From positions 1-64,000 of the forward strand of contig JALDZX010000034.1 of assembly GCA_022813865.1 (NCBI GenBank): a DNA stretch of 64,000 nt, in the 5' to 3' direction. The notes beneath the pieces were generated by a model. That model saw only the letters and a list, made by a program, of their open reading frames with translations, was not told the DNA's origin and ran no database searches. Of this stretch, positions 37,074-50,900 are shown piece after piece. Each line of letters opens with the position of its first letter. Within the stretch, counting starts at the first letter, position 1. The stretch comes from Xylographa opegraphella. Lineage: Eukaryota. The position numbers and the translations under genes are program-made.

Positions 37074-38360
37074 CTACAGCTCATCACGTCCAGCGTGAGA
37101 CGGCCTCATACTGTCCTTGGCCAGGTCGACTCCCGACTTTTTCCGCCATTTCTCCCACGTGGCCCAGAAATCCTTCTCCATCGGCTTGTCCATCTGATCC
37201 GGCAAGACGACCGTATACTCGACGTGCAGCGACCCAAACTCGTCCTCTACACCTCGTCCACGGTCCTCCGACCACGTCGGCATACCCTCCTCCGGCACGA
37301 TCTCCACAGATCCCGGTTGGACAACTTGACCCCTTTTCCTCGAAAGTTTCACAACATGTCCATCGAGGTGGGTCAAATTTCTCGTCCAGTCGCCCATCCA
37401 GGCCTCTCGCAGGCTCAGAACCTCTTTCCAGAACAGCTCTCTCCCTTTCCGCCTGAAGAAGGTCCCGTCCGTGCGATCCTTATCATCGCTGCCGAGCTCT
37501 GGCTCCTTCTCGTCGAGATGTACCACCAGATCGCCTGCCACGAAGTCGGGGCTCGCGTCCGCCTCGTTCTCATAGGTGATCTTCGCACCTTTCGGCATTC
37601 CTTTCTCAACATGCAATGTGTATGATGATACTTTCCGGACAACTCGACTTCCCCCACAGACCTTGCAGGGCTTTTTGATCGTCTTCCCTTTGCCCCCACA
37701 TTTATCACATGCCATCTGGACCTGCTGAAAGATGCCGGGAGCAAGCATATGTTTCTGAACTATCATCCCCCTTCCGCCGCACTGCGCACAGGTCTCGACG
37801 GTGCCGTCGGCGCTCCCACTGCCCTCGCATTCCTCGCAAATGTGCTGCTTCTCCACGGAGAACTCGTGATCCTTGCCAGTATAGAAGTCTCTCAGGGGCA
37901 CGTGTACGCGCACTTCCATATCAGCTCCGCGACGCTGTCCTCCGCCGTGTCCAAAGTGTCCACCACCACCAAAGAAGCGCGAGAAGAGGTCGAACGGGTC
38001 ATGATGTCTTTGCCCACCACCTTGCTTGTGCTGGCTCAGACCTTCATGCCCGTACTGGTCATAGATCCGGCGAGTCTCGGTATCGGACAAGGCTTCATAC
38101 GCTTCGGCGATTTCGACAAATTTCTGATGCGCGGATTCGTTGCCCCTGAGGATTGTGTGAGCATTAAGTGTGCACGGGAAGAAAGGTAGCGCTACTGACG
38201 GGTTCTTATCGGGATGGAATTTCTTGCTCAGAACTCGGTAGGCCCTCTTGATCTCCTTCTCCGAGGCGGACTTGTCAATGTCGAGCAATTTATAGTAGTC
38301 CTCGGCACAGAGAATAAAGGGGACGAGGTAGAGGAGCAGGAGAGCGGAGAACCACAGCAT
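37074..38360 (-). CDS. SCJ1: ER-lumenal type I DnaJ co-chaperone SCJ1
   Basis: Signal peptide MLWFSALLLLYLVPFILC, J domain with HPD, G/F region, four CxxCxGxG repeats and C-terminal RDEL. 54-nt intron at 38199-38146. Confidence 0.92.
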   Translation of the reverse strand: MLWFSALLLLYLVPFILCAEDYYKLLDIDKSASEKEIKRAYRVLSKKFHPDKNPSVALPFFPCTLNAHTILRGNESAHQKFVEIAEAYEALSDTETRRIYDQYGHEGLSQHKQGGGQRHHDPFDLFSRFFGGGGHFGHGGGQRRGADMEVRVHVPLRDFYTGKDHEFSVEKQHICEECEGSGSADGTVETCAQCGGRGMIVQKHMLAPGIFQQVQMACDKCGGKGKTIKKPCKVCGGSRVVRKVSSYTLHVEKGMPKGAKITYENEADASPDFVAGDLVVHLDEKEPELGSDDKDRTDGTFFRRKGRELFWKEVLSLREAWMGDWTRNLTHLDGHVVKLSRKRGQVVQPGSVEIVPEEGMPTWSEDRGRGVEDEFGSLHVEYTVVLPDQMDKPMEKDFWATWEKWRKKSGVDLAKDSMRPSHAGRDEL

Positions 38361-38782
38361 CGCGGCGCCCAATCGGGGGCTATGGGGTAGGGGACTGAGA
38401 AGCCAGTAGACTGCAACCTCGCCGTTCAGCGAGGATTGTGAAGGTGAGAACACAGGAAAGGCTGAATCATTACTCGATTTTTGGCGGGTAGATTGCTGGC
38501 ATAAATTTGAAGCTACGGTGGCATCAAAACCGCGTCGCGCCTGATTGGCGGGAGATCACGGCTAGTCTTCCATTGCGAGGCTCCTTGCACCAGTAAAGCT
38601 TTACACCACAGCAGATGGACAGAATTCGCAGTCATAGAATTGGAGGTAATACTACGACGGATATCATGCATAGATGTATCGGTGCAATCGTAATTTCTAC
38701 TACTCTGATATTTAAATACTGGGAATATTCTGAATCATTCAATAACTAGAGCGTTCAATATTGTAGCCCACAGTCAACCAGC

Positions 38783-40004
38783 TCAAGTATCTTTGAAGAC
38801 ATCTTCCTTTTGTGCATCACCCTTGCGACGAAGTGCAACAAAGTAGGCTTCTTTCGACTCCTATGTGGATGGTCAGTCATTTGACCGCATTCGAGGCGAG
38901 AGTAGAAGACCAACGCTGCGTGATGACTCCGGCTTTTCCCTATGTACTTTGGCAAACAGAGCTTTCAATCTCAACTCCAGCGCTTTCTCCTCCGCTCCTT
39001 GATAGAATTTGCACACGAAGTGGCCCCCGGTGCGGAGGGTGTCATAACTGAAATTCAGAGCTGCATTGCAGAGGTCCTGAATCCGGAGGATTAGCTAGTC
39101 GGAGCACGCACTCCACGAGTGATGTCCCTCGATAGACGTACCATGCTCCCTGCGTGATCTCGAAAGTTCATGCCGCTAGTGTTCATCATCCTATGGTATG
39201 GGTTACTCAAACTCTTTATCCAAAAGCCTGTGGTTTGCTCCCAGGGTTCGGACATGTCACTCAGTACTATATCCACCATTCGACCCGCGCCCTCATCGGT
39301 TTTCTTCTTCGTGCTGTGGGTTTTGGACTCCCCAGGATTTCCATCGGCCTCTTGCTCTGCACATGGCTTCGGATCGTCGTCGGTTAACAAGTGTTCGTGA
39401 CTACTGTCATCCAAGATATGCCCTGTAGTCCTCCTCTTACTGGAGTCACGCAAAAGATCCTTGACTGCTTCTTGCACGTCGTGAGATAAGAAGTTCCCTT
39501 GTATGGTTGATACTCCTTTAGGAGGTTGAGCCGGAATGATATCAATCCCAATCACCCGGCCATTCGGGAAAGTGCGGTCCACAGCAACCTATAGGAGTGT
39601 CGGTCGGGTTAAAAGCTAATGTGCTATCAGGACCCGTACCTGAGACCACGATCCTGGAGCATATCCCTGAGAATGTTAGATGAATATCACGGACTTCGCC
39701 AGACACCTTACCAGGTCCACTACCGTCTGCCCCGCCTTGAAGATTTTGTACTTCTCATTGATCTGAAGGCGTCAGTGCAGTAACCATAGTCTACAGAGCC
39801 TGCAACCCGTACCTCCAGCAACTTGAACGCCGCCCTGCTTTTCAGGCCCCTCACTCTTGCTTCCTTGGAGAACTGATCATTCCCGGCGCGCGTCTGCCAT
39901 CTCTTCGACGAAGACGAGGACAGCCTCACAGTAGTGTAGCTCTCATCTGAAAATATTCTCTTGCTAGATCGATGCAGGACCGGCCATAGCCTTCGGCACA
40001 GCAT
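38783..40004 (-). CDS. MRM2: Mitochondrial 21S rRNA 2'-O-methyltransferase (FtsJ/RrmJ family); multi-exon
   Basis: Mitochondrial-type presequence, KSRAAFKLLE, VVDL|GYAPGSWSQ, VIGIDI, VDIVLSDM, FVCKFYQG, KPESSRS|ESKEAYFV. Confidence 0.9.
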
Positions 40005-41191
40005 GAAATGAATTCACTCGACGCAAGTGTATGGATCCGAACTTCAACTCCAGTCGAGGCTACATGAGATAGATACTCAAGACATTCCAGTTTCAGACAG
40101 CTATTTAGGGCGACTCGGTAGCGGGTACCAATTAGGGGATCCTCCCCTTAGAAAATTGATTTGGTAGCTGGGGCTCCAGAAGCTCTTTGCTGTGGCTTAG
40201 GGAGGAGTCCCAGGCGATAGCCCCTAGAATATCCTTTAAATTAAAATTATGGCAGCCTGAAGCCCCCCTTTCTACTGACTTCGTTTGATCTCGACCTCGA
40301 GACTGTGGAAGCCATCTTCAGAGGCGAATTCCGATCTATCTGGCTAGGTAGGCATCATCGCCGTCGAGCTGCTTAGAGTTATGCATGGAAGTTGATCCTG
40401 AGCTGGATAGACGCCACATACGAGCTCAGCATCATTACCAACCCGACAAACCAGAAGCCTACCTCGCACAATTCAAGATGAAGGCCAGCTACACTTTCTA
40501 CAGTCCTACCTTTCTCGTGCCGGATGAGCCCGGAATATAGCTGTGTGGCTTGATCAACCTGGGCCAAGACCGGTCCTTGTTTCATTCCTTTGGGAAGCGT
40601 GAATGATGATCAACCAGTCTGTATTCTGAAAGCTCGGGACTTTGGGCCAGGCGAAACTTCTAGCGAGGCATTTTCTACACAGATGTGTACAACCGAGAAC
40701 TACTATACCTCCAGACAGATGCTATGGTAAACTCCCGGGTCGAACAGGTCACGAATCACCTGAACAGTGAAACGGACTGGAGGGCGCACTGTCAGAAATG
40801 CACCACGATGGAGGCTCACCATAGACTGTGCTTGGACCGGAGTATATCGCCTTAGTTTCGAGATAGATTGGATGGGTCAGGATAGATCGAGATCGTGGAT
40901 CATGACTGCAAAGCAAACATCAATGGGCGTACTCCGTATGAATCAAGGATATTCACTTACAACATTATCGATGTTGTGTACAAATCTCCTCGTATTGAGG
41001 ACGAGCGTCTCAAAAACAAACATCAACCGTCTGCACTCGCAAAGCCTGAAACATAGTTTTAATTTACAAGAACATTGCTCACATAAAGCATCAGACGTGC
41101 AGCATTTAACACCAGAAATCAGACCCTGCTGTACAACAATCGCCTCCCACGGCTCCATCACAGGTGGAAGTTCATGAAACACACACCCTCT

Positions 41192-42940
41192 TCATGCCCC
41201 TATTGATTTCTTATCCTTCTTAAGGGGCGAAAAGGCACCAAAAGCGCTTGCGGAGCTCCCCGGACGACCCCCTAATTTGACACTGCCCAAAGGCCTCGCG
41301 AAAGAGCCAAAGGCTCTGGCACCGCCGAACAACCCCCGGTCACTACCTTTGCCAGTATCGCCGTCGTCGTCGTCAAACAAGGTCTTTGCCAACCCGCCAC
41401 CGAGTAATTTCCGCTTCTTTTTGATGAACGTGGGCTCTTCGCTGGCTCGGTCGTTGAGTTCTATCTTCTTCGGCTTCGTGACGTGCTCATCAGGAGGTAT
41501 CGATCCCTGATTCGCTGGTGGTACATTCTCGTCGTTATCCTCCTCCCGAACTTGCTCTAGGGCTGGTGTGATCTTAGCCTTGCGACCAGCAACGGTTTTG
41601 TTGTTGGATTTCGCAGCTTTGGCGGCTACGAGAACAGCCGGTTTGTTAGTCGCTGCGGTCTTCTTGGGTTCCTTGCTTCCATTATTCTTTACGTTCTTCT
41701 TTGCGGGCTCCGCAGACGGCGTCATATCTCGTGTGGGAGATGCAGCTGCTTCAACATCATCGTCTTCCGCATCCTCTTGGCCTATTTCAATTGTCGGCTG
41801 CACTGTTGGTGGACTCTCCGGGGCGATACTCATAGTTCTGTTAAGGAAAGGAGTTATTGAGAATGTTGATTTGTCTCCGGGAACAGTAGAGCCTCTCTTG
41901 CTTTTTTTGGCAGCTGGCAAGATTCCCGGAGTGCCGATAGCTGCGTCCGTGTCAAGTTGTGCTAGACTCCGCTTTCGTGGATTTCGAGCAGTTACGTGAA
42001 TGGCTTCGGTCCCATTATTCACCACATTCTGTGCTTTAGCGCTGGCCCGAGCGGCCTGAAGTTCTTCCTGGCTTTCCTTGAGCTGTTCTTTGGTCATCCT
42101 CAGCTTGTTTCTGAAAGCGTCCAGTCGAGAATCAAGTATGGTCTTCTTGCCATCGAAGTCAGCGGTGACTTTCTGAGCTTCCCGTTCAGCCTTCTGCCGC
42201 TCGCGTCGCTCCTTTGCCAACTCTGCTTGCAGGCTGTCTACTTGTGCTTCAAGTTCCGAGTCAAGGTTTTGTTTGCCCTCCTCTCTGCTGAGTGCGCGCT
42301 GTGTAGCACGCTTTTCGTTCTCAAGCTCGACTTGTGTGGTACTGAGTTGTCTTTGTAAGGATAATTTCTCCGCCAGTATACTTTGATGTGCCGCAGCTTG
42401 CGACTTTAGGTGTTCAAGCTCCGGTCCTAGACAGGCTAATTCGCGCGAAAGCGAAAGCTTCTCCGTCAATAGCTTTGTCGAGTCCATTGATACCTCTTGG
42501 AGGGAATTAAGCTCAGCCTGATCAGATCAGCGAGATCTCATTCATGGAAAACTCAAGAACATTACCTTCAGGGTGTCCAGTTCTCTGTTTTTCATACGTA
42601 ATTCCCCACGTAACCGCTCTACATCATTCTCCATAGCCCTCAAACGGGACTGAACGTCTTCGATCGAGGTCTCCAAATCTCCGTTTCGACGATCCTCGAC
42701 TGAAAGTTGCTCCTGTAGCTCATCATTGTCGTCTTCGAGCAGCAATAACTTCAGTCGAAGCTGCCTCTCTTTCTCTTCCCCATAAAGGAGCTCCGATTGG
42801 AATAGGCACTTTTCGTGGGCAATCTGGAGCGCATGAGTCTTGAGCAGTTGTTGCATCTATACAGGGTATCAGTTAGCTTGACAATGTAGCGGACTATTGG
42901 TCTATACTACTTCATCGTCCGATGACCGTGCATGAGCCAT
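41192..42940 (-). CDS. Coiled-coil nuclear protein with NLS-like KKKRKL and C-terminal FSPLKK; function unassigned
   Basis: Three exons joined by GT..AG introns. Long heptad-rich region, then NPRKR, IGTPG, KSTFSITPFLNRT, KKKRKLLG and FSPLKKDKK. Confidence 0.75.
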
Positions 42941-43003
42941 GATAAGGATGCAGTGGAGAACAATAGTACTTTATTGTGTGGTTACCTTGACCACCACCAG
43001 CAC

Positions 43004-43022
43004 GTAAACATTGACGACGCGA
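43004..43022. promoter_or_regulatory. Forkhead-type site (GTAAACA) and MCB-like ACGCG in a ~220-bp divergent promoter
   Basis: GTAAACA at 43004-43010 and GACGCGA at 43016-43022, between the coiled-coil gene and OST3. Confidence 0.35.
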
Positions 43023-43158
43023 TGCGCTAGATCGGTATGGGCTTAGTGCTGTATTAACCGAATGACAGCAGAACGATTGCCGAAAGAGAGCTTTAGGGAA
43101 TGAGCAGGCTCACAGTCGACAATTGCTACAATTCAATCTTCCTTTTCTTCGGCTTACT

Positions 43159-44327
43159 ATGAGGCTCGTCTCCATTCTATCACTGGCGCTTCTGCCATTG
43201 AGCGCCTTGGCCGCGAAGAAGACCCCCGGAGGCAAATTTTGGAACTTTCAATCAAAGGCACTCCAGAGCTCCCCGGTCAAGCTCAACGACGCCTCGTACG
43301 AAGAACTCACAACTGCACCCCGGGACTACAGCGCTGTAATACTGTTGACGGCAGTTGAAGCACGCTTTGGGTGTCAATTGTGCCGAGAGTTCCAACCAGA
43401 ATGGGACATTGTAGGCAAGAGCTGGACCAGGGGCGATAGACAGGGCGCTACTCGAACGCTGTTTGGGACTTTGGATTTCGCAGATGGCAAGAATACTTTT
43501 CAAAAGGTGGATCAATTGTCTCCGGACGAGCAGTCTGCTCGATGGGTCCCGTTTCTTGGCTGACTCCTTCTCAGCTAATGCTCCAAACTGCCCCAATCAT
43601 CCTCCTTTTCCCTCCTACCACAGGCCAGGGTGCCAAAGCCGACGCCCAGCCTATCAGATATGACTTTACAACCGGGTAAGTCTGATGTCGTTCAATTGAC
43701 AAAGGCTCCCATGTGCTTACACCATCGATTGCAGGCCGCGAACTGCAGAACAAATATACCCCTGGATTACTCGGCATTTACCAGAAGGACCGCAGCCACC
43801 AATCTACCGGCCATTCAATTACATGCGCCTTGTAGCAGTCACAACCGTGCTATTGGGCGCTATCAGTTTTCTCAGCATTGCCGCTCCCTACTTGTTGCCA
43901 CTTATCCAGAACCGAAACCTGTGGGCTGCGATTAGCTTGATCATCATCCTTCTGTTTACAAGCGGGCATATGTTCAATCATATTCGGAACGTACCTTACG
44001 TCACTCCAGATGGCAAAGGTGGAGTGCAGTACTTTGTCGGTGGCTTCTCCAACCAACTCGGCCTCGAAACACAGATTATCGCTGCCATTTGTAAGAAACA
44101 GGCCAAGATAGTGTTTTGTATTGCTGTCGCTGACCCTCACAACAGACGGCGTACTATCATTTGCAACAATAGCACTGGCCCTCCGAGTTCCCCGCATGAC
44201 CAGTTCCAGTCGTCAGCAAGTCATGGTGTTTGTCTGGGGCGCTGTCATGTTCGGCATGTACGGCTTTTTGATGAGGGTCTTCAAGATCAAGAACGGGGGA
44301 TATCCATTCCGGTTACCTCCCTTCTAA
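43159..44327 (+). CDS. OST3: Oligosaccharyltransferase gamma subunit (OST3/OST6 family); 4 exons
   Basis: Signal peptide, thioredoxin-like PRDYS..CQLC..FQPEW, ILLFTSGHMFNHIR, FSNQLGLETQII and C-terminal FKIKNGGYPFRLPPF. Confidence 0.93.
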
Positions 44328-45109
44328 GGAATGTACTATACCTGTAGCATGTCGAGCAACTATACCGCAATCATACGCCACACTCATGCAATGTGACATC
44401 TCCTCAGATATGATATTGTGAATCCATCTTTCGTGATCACCACTTATAAGCGTACAAGTCTAGAGACAATGATCCATCAAGAAGTGCTCCGATGGCGTGT
44501 CCGTATAGAAAGCAGTCGTGGGGATGCACCCTCGTCGCAATCACTTCACGACTACTATCGCTTTTGCTAACGTCCAATCTCGAGCTGGAGATTGAACACC
44601 CGAGAACTTAGCGCTTCTATTTGCTCGGAAGGGTTGAGAAGCATCATATTTTCCTTTGTCCGGAGACTCGCGTTCATAAACCTGCTTACTGCGTACTGAA
44701 CTAAAGTTTCTCTACACCAGCGAGGTACTTGAAAGTTGTAGTCGTTGCTCCTCCACTTGCTCCCCTTGTGTGGCCCGATACTCTGCTCCGATCGGCTTGC
44801 TGGTGCATCCCCGCCGAGGAGTTGAGCTTCTCCGAAAATACCTTAGACACGAGCGCTCGAAGCAGTTGGTAGAGAAGTCATTCAGAGACACAGGGTTGAG
44901 ATCCGACCCGGACGTGGCATATCGTCGAAGTGAGTGCTTCACTTTCAAAACATCTGTCCAAACAAGTACTTTGTAATGTCATATCACACGTCTCTTGGGC
45001 ACTCTTTTGCAAAGCAAGCAAAGATGAACATGATGTATACACTGAACAACGGAGGTGATGTAGTGAATTCCTGAGATTTTGTTAATCTATCATGGAGAAA
45101 ATATATAAT

Positions 45110-47299
45110 CTACATTTTCTCGTGAGTAGCCATGAGAGAACCTGGGAAAAGAATCAGTAGGGACTATATATCAAAGTACGACGGGAAGCTTACCTATAAA
45201 CGTGACCACCAGCCTTGACCTGACCTGACAAATGTCCTCAGGCACTAACCAGATGGTGGCTCCCATCTTCCTTGCAATGGAAATCGCGAGCTTGGCATTT
45301 GCGTATGCCTCCTCGTCACTCTTCCCACTGGTGACAAGGTCGTAGTCCACGTATGAGCTCTTCATTCCGTTGAGCACGTCGAGCAAGAAGATGCCGTTGC
45401 CGATCGCTTGATCCTTGAAACTCCTGATCGATGAATTCCTCCCACCTTTCTTGGACTGCTCGTTCGCCCATTTGATCATCTCCGGGTCGGTGATCTCTTT
45501 CTTTCCTAACCGGTGTGCTAGAGCCGATAAAGTCTCGGTGATGTCGCGACGCATCAGTTGCCAGACCAGGCCCAAAGTGAGTGTTCGCTGGCCATCCGTG
45601 ATATCGGCGCCTTGAACTCCAACTAGCGAAAACCGCATCTGCCGGCCAAGTTCGATTGCATAATTGGTATTCTCCACTGCTTTGAAGCGCGACATTTCTC
45701 CACCGGACGCTGGTACCTTGTTGGCGTGTTTCCAATTCACGGTCCCAGGCACAACCTTATCATACGCTTGAAGCAGGATGCTTCCATCGCCTAGGTCGTC
45801 GAATAAGGAGTACACCGAAGGCTGTACATCCAACGAGTTGAGCCACAATGTGAACACCCTGGCCTCTCGTTCACCCTCAGCATCAAAATCTTCGACCTCT
45901 AACTTCTCTTCCTCTGTGATCGGGTCGAGGCCAGGATGTGTATTGAAGAGGTTGGCGACGAAAGCTAGATTGAGTTTGGAATTGCCAGCTACTAAAGAGG
46001 TTGGGGTAAGAAATTTGCGGCAGTCTACTCTATCTGCATTCTGCAGTACTTGTTCTGCTCGTTGCAGAAGATCCCTGGTCTGTAACGGCGCACGACTACA
46101 GACTTCAGGACCAAGTTGATTAAGCAAGACAGTATAGTTCTCGCCGTCCTTCACGTCGCTCGAAAAGTTGGCTACTCTGTAGGTTGAGGTAAGCATCAAT
46201 CGGTGACTGACGGCGACGAGGTACACACCTTCTTTCCCACTTGGCATTCTTCAGGTGGTAATTGAACCAGCGAAGAAGGATCTGCTCCGGTGGTAATCTC
46301 AGGAACTGCTCCAGGGTCTCGTCGTCTTCTAATAGTCGATATAGCTCAGGATGAAGCTTGATGTCAATCTTCCCCAGCAGTCCTCTCCTGATCACCTGCC
46401 ATATCAAGCCCAATATCAGATGTTCTCGAACCTCCATGATATCTCCACTTCCTATGTTCACGACGGAGCAACCAATGGCTTTTGCCGAGTTGATCACAAT
46501 GTTGTTGTTTTCGGTCATATGGAAGGCGTTCAGGGTTTTGATCTTCTTGCCAGGTCGATTGAGTACACGCTCATCGATGGTATCAGACACACTGTCGTTG
46601 ATGAGCTTGGCTAAGACCAATCCGTCCTTGCACTCGTCGAACATCTCGAATGTGTCTGTCGGAAACGGGATGCGCGAGCCGACATCTGGATCCCCTGCAA
46701 GCACGGCATTGATATGTCGAGTAAACTCTGTCCGTTCATCCTCGTTGATTGTATGTGTCACATTTGCAGATGACCCTTGAACTCGTATCTTTCCGTGTGC
46801 GCTGCCCTGCGATTGATGACCGGGAGAGAATACAGGGGAGGGAGCTGAGGAATCTCCATTGTTGGCGCTGCTTAAGCCACGAGCTCGCCCGGTTGTCATA
46901 CGCGGAGCTTGGGACTGTGATGAAGCGCCCCGAAGCTTGGACATTAGCTAGAATGATGAAGCGATTAATAACCAGATCGTATACCACATTGTTAGCCATA
47001 CGTACCTCGACATAATCTTCCAGTTCCACCCTTCTCGAACTATCGAGATCTACCTCTTTCAGAGCTTGTCGGACGACGTCGTAAGGCTGGCGTTCCGAGG
47101 TCTGGGTAGCTTTGATTACCGTGGCTTCGTCTATGTAACCTTTGTCGTCGACATCGAGTTTACGGAAGGCATCCTGAAGACCAAAAATCTCATTCTGTTG
47201 GAATTGAGGAAACTTTCTGCGGTAGTACCAGTTAGTCATTGGCAAACCGGACACATATAAGACAGAGGGCTCATACCGCTGTAGCTTGATCACGTTCAT
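45110..47299 (-). CDS. SAC6: Fimbrin (actin-bundling protein: EF-hands + 4 CH domains); multi-exon
   Basis: MNVIKLQR|KFPQ, EF-hand region, THTINEDERTEFTRHIN, LRLPPEQILLRWFNYHL, AEGEREARVFTLWLNSL, AISIARKMGATIWLVPEDI. Confidence 0.96.
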
Positions 47300-47970
47300 C
47301 GTTACGACCTTGAGATAGCTCTGTGGTTTGACTGAAGCTCCGTGGTGGGTGAAGTGGGAGGGATGTGGGGTAAGTACGCAAGAGACTTTTCAATTGAGTA
47401 GACGATATTAACGCAACCGATGCCCAGACAGATCCACCAGCGATGTCGTTTGAAGCTTGGGGAAATACTGCGAGCAGGCGTAATGCGCTTTGGCTGATGT
47501 CGTGTTTGCGTGGAAATCCGCCATGGCTTACGTATGTGGGGCAACAAAGGCAAGATGGAGCCTAGCAGGGCTGAGCAGCTAGCGGCTACGCGCGAGGCAT
47601 AAAAGTCATCAATGTAAAGTAAGCAATGTGGACGAACTATCTACGTGAGGCTTGGAGAAGATGTCCTTCGGGAAAAGGTTTGGTTCTGAGATGTGAATGG
47701 CGACAATCGTCATCGATGGTCGCACTGCCCAAGCTAAACAATTGAAGGGGATACTCAGTGGATCACGGAACGACCTCGAATGTACTTCAAAGTAAATGGT
47801 TTCATAACACATAACGGTCATGGTCGCCTGTGTAGGAGGTGACTTGCAGACACCACTCCTCAACCAGGTTGTCCAGCTTCATTTAAAACGCCTGGCTGTG
47901 TGTCTATGGGTATTCTGGGCTCAACGCCTTCGCTATGCCACGATCCATGCAAGGTAACCACCTGGTTATA

Positions 47971-50900
47971 TCAACGACGTACGACTCGCTGCCTCGATAG
48001 GAGCTGAGACACCATGAAATGACTGACGTCTTCGTCCGCCCAGTAGGATAGGTGGCTTGCAATACTGGCTATCAACGAGATGTCGAACACGCCCCTGGAT
48101 TGTACATGTCAGTGAGACCTCCAGGATGAGGGGAACGTAGCTTACTCCTGAATGCTAAAATCTACACGACCAGTGCTGTTCAGAACACGGACTTTAGCCT
48201 CTTCTCTCTTCAACCGTCGAGCTCGATCTTCCGTTTCTTGCCACTCTGAGCTTTCTCCTAAATCTCGTCCTTCGTCGCTTTGAAGACTCTTGCGGCGTTT
48301 TTGGAACCCGGAGTAGAGGGTCTCGATCCCAGAGTCAATCAGTGTGGCAGGGTGTTGAACATTGTCACTTCCATCAGGGGTGGTGTCGACAGTGAGTCTC
48401 CTTTTCTCTTCTTCCAATGCCTCGGGTCCGGCAATCACGCCACCACCTGCAATGTTAGTTCCGGCTCCCATTGACAGCGGAACCCTCGTTTGCGTCGATG
48501 GGTATTGGCCGACCTCTGTCAGTCCAAGGCTGCGGTTCAGCAGACTGCTTGCAACACCCGTTGTAATGTTCGACCAAAACCCGGAAACGCTCTGGCCGAC
48601 TCGAGCACCAATATTCGTTAACCCCGGAGCAGCAAAGATGCCCTTTTTGGTGTAAGGAAGTGGTTGCGGTTTCAGAGAGGACATCGCAGGAGATATGAGA
48701 GGCTCGATGCGGTATGCAATGGGATCTGTAGGGTGGAAAATGTTGAAAAGTTGTTCGCATTTAGGCGATGATACTGATATAGAAAGAATGTCCCTCTTCT
48801 GAGTATTGGGCCCTCCAGGACGTGAGTAGTCTGCAGATAGAGGATCGTCGACGCTATCCGGATCCATCGGGCTTTCCGCCGCCATGGCATCTGGTGCAGC
48901 GCGACCAGCAATGGTCCTTCCTTTCAGCATTTGAAACAGACCAAGTGGAGATCCAAGGCAGAAGAAATCTTCAACTTCAAAATCTAGTTGGAGATTACGA
49001 CTAACATCTTCAGCCCTTAGACTCCCAACACGCTTCGGGTTACCCATACTGCTTGCTCGTCTCGTAATATCGTTGGTCTCCTTCTGCCGGCACAGGACGT
49101 CGAACATGATCGCAGACCCAAGCGAATGACCGATGAGACTAACCTTGCCTTTGAAGTTGGCATTTCTCTGCAAGAAAAGCCTATACACTCGGTTGCACTC
49201 TCGCTGAACGATGCCGGCAATGTGCTCACGATAGGCACTCTGATAAAGTAGTATATCAAGTGCAAGGTCGGTAATCAAGTTCCGAACAGCTGGGACGCCT
49301 TCCACCATTATGTCATTGAGGCTAGGATACTCATTCTCATCTCCAAAAACATCAGCATCCGTGAGATCTTGCTCCTTTCTGTTCTGTTTTAAGCTCTGCT
49401 TTGGAAAGTCCAGCAGATGACGCCACACAATGGGCAGTACTTGTACACGGCAGTTTTTAGGCAACTTGTCGACCTCTGAATTTAGGGCCTGTAGATCTGG
49501 TGAGTTTTCGTATACGCTCTTCAATGTCTTCCGAAGCACGTTCACATCATGGACGAAGTTTACGCTCTCCATTTTCAATCCTAGTCTTTGCCCAATACCA
49601 TGTGTCACTAAGATCAAATGCTCTATATCACGACCTTGTTCTTCACCATCTGCGTCTCGGTAATCATCTTGGATTTCATGCTCATCACGTTTCCGCACTT
49701 CTTCATCTTGGGAAGCTGGATCCTCAGGGCCTGGGGAGCCGACTATTGTAGCCATACGACGTTCTAGAGCAGACCTCTTCGCCTCGGATTCGATTTCTGG
49801 CTCCTGTGCTTTAGTAACGTCAATACTCATGCCACGATCTGTACTAGGAGGTGTAGATCGTCGTTTATAGTCCGGGATTGACCTTCCGCGCTCGTCTGAA
49901 CTCCTTGCGTCTGCAGATGATTCCTGGGTCGAGTTCGGGTCTCTGGACTTGTTGCTTTCTGTGAAGCCACGAATGACTTTCACACCTCCTAAATGGCCAC
50001 CACCAGCAAAGCGTTGGTACACAGAGCTACTCATGCGAGAGAGAAAATCATCCGTAAGAAGCCATGCTACATTGGCATCCTGATACGTCACAACAGAATT
50101 CATATATGTGCCAAATAAACGATGAGTCTGCAGCTGAAATTTCGGAGGACTGGATACTGGAGATGGAATTTCCTCCTTGATTCTATTTTTCGCATCATCA
50201 GCAGAAGGTGGTCTGGGAGGTTTGATATTGGTGGCTCCCAGTTTACCCACGTCTTCTCCCGGTTTGAGGGATATTGGCCTCTGCCTGGATTGCGAACTCT
50301 TCCGTGTTGGAACACTCGGCTCGTATCTCCATGGTTTTGCCTTAACGTAACCTTCCTCCAGTTGCGACGCCAGATTCTCATCGCATGGTCGTAACACAGA
50401 GCCTTCCTGGTAGAACCAGGTCGCACGTCGTACATCATAGATAGGTCCCAGCCAATACGTGGGTGCTAGCTCACGATTGTCGATGTCAACATCGAAGAGA
50501 AAATCTTCGTTCACGGGGACTTTCATTGGACCCCCCTGTTCTTTTCCAGTTGAATCGTTGATGCTCGTGTTTTTCCTAACCCCTGGATTGGCGGCAACTT
50601 CTATTGTCGAGTGATCTGCATCGGTGATATCTCCAGTGATATTGTCTCTTCTGGCTGTAGCTTCTTCCTCTTCTGCGAGCTTCTGGAAAGCAGACTCTAT
50701 AGAACGGGAATCTCGAACGGAAAAGGCTGCAAATTTCTTCGGCGGTGGATGGGGTTTGGACTCTTCGTTGGCCTTGGTGAGTGAGAGAGGCTTCCGCTTT
50801 GGTACCTGTGAATGGCTATTAGAATGCGGCTACGTAGTTTTACGGACCGAACAACCCTACGTCAACCGCATAAAACCACCGCACACTCAACGGAGGACAG

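Noticed and set aside
40600..40765. Possible C/D snoRNA (ATGATGA...CTGA...CTGA)
   Set aside because: No rRNA-complementary guide recognised and no convincing terminal stem; needs an Infernal/snoscan search.
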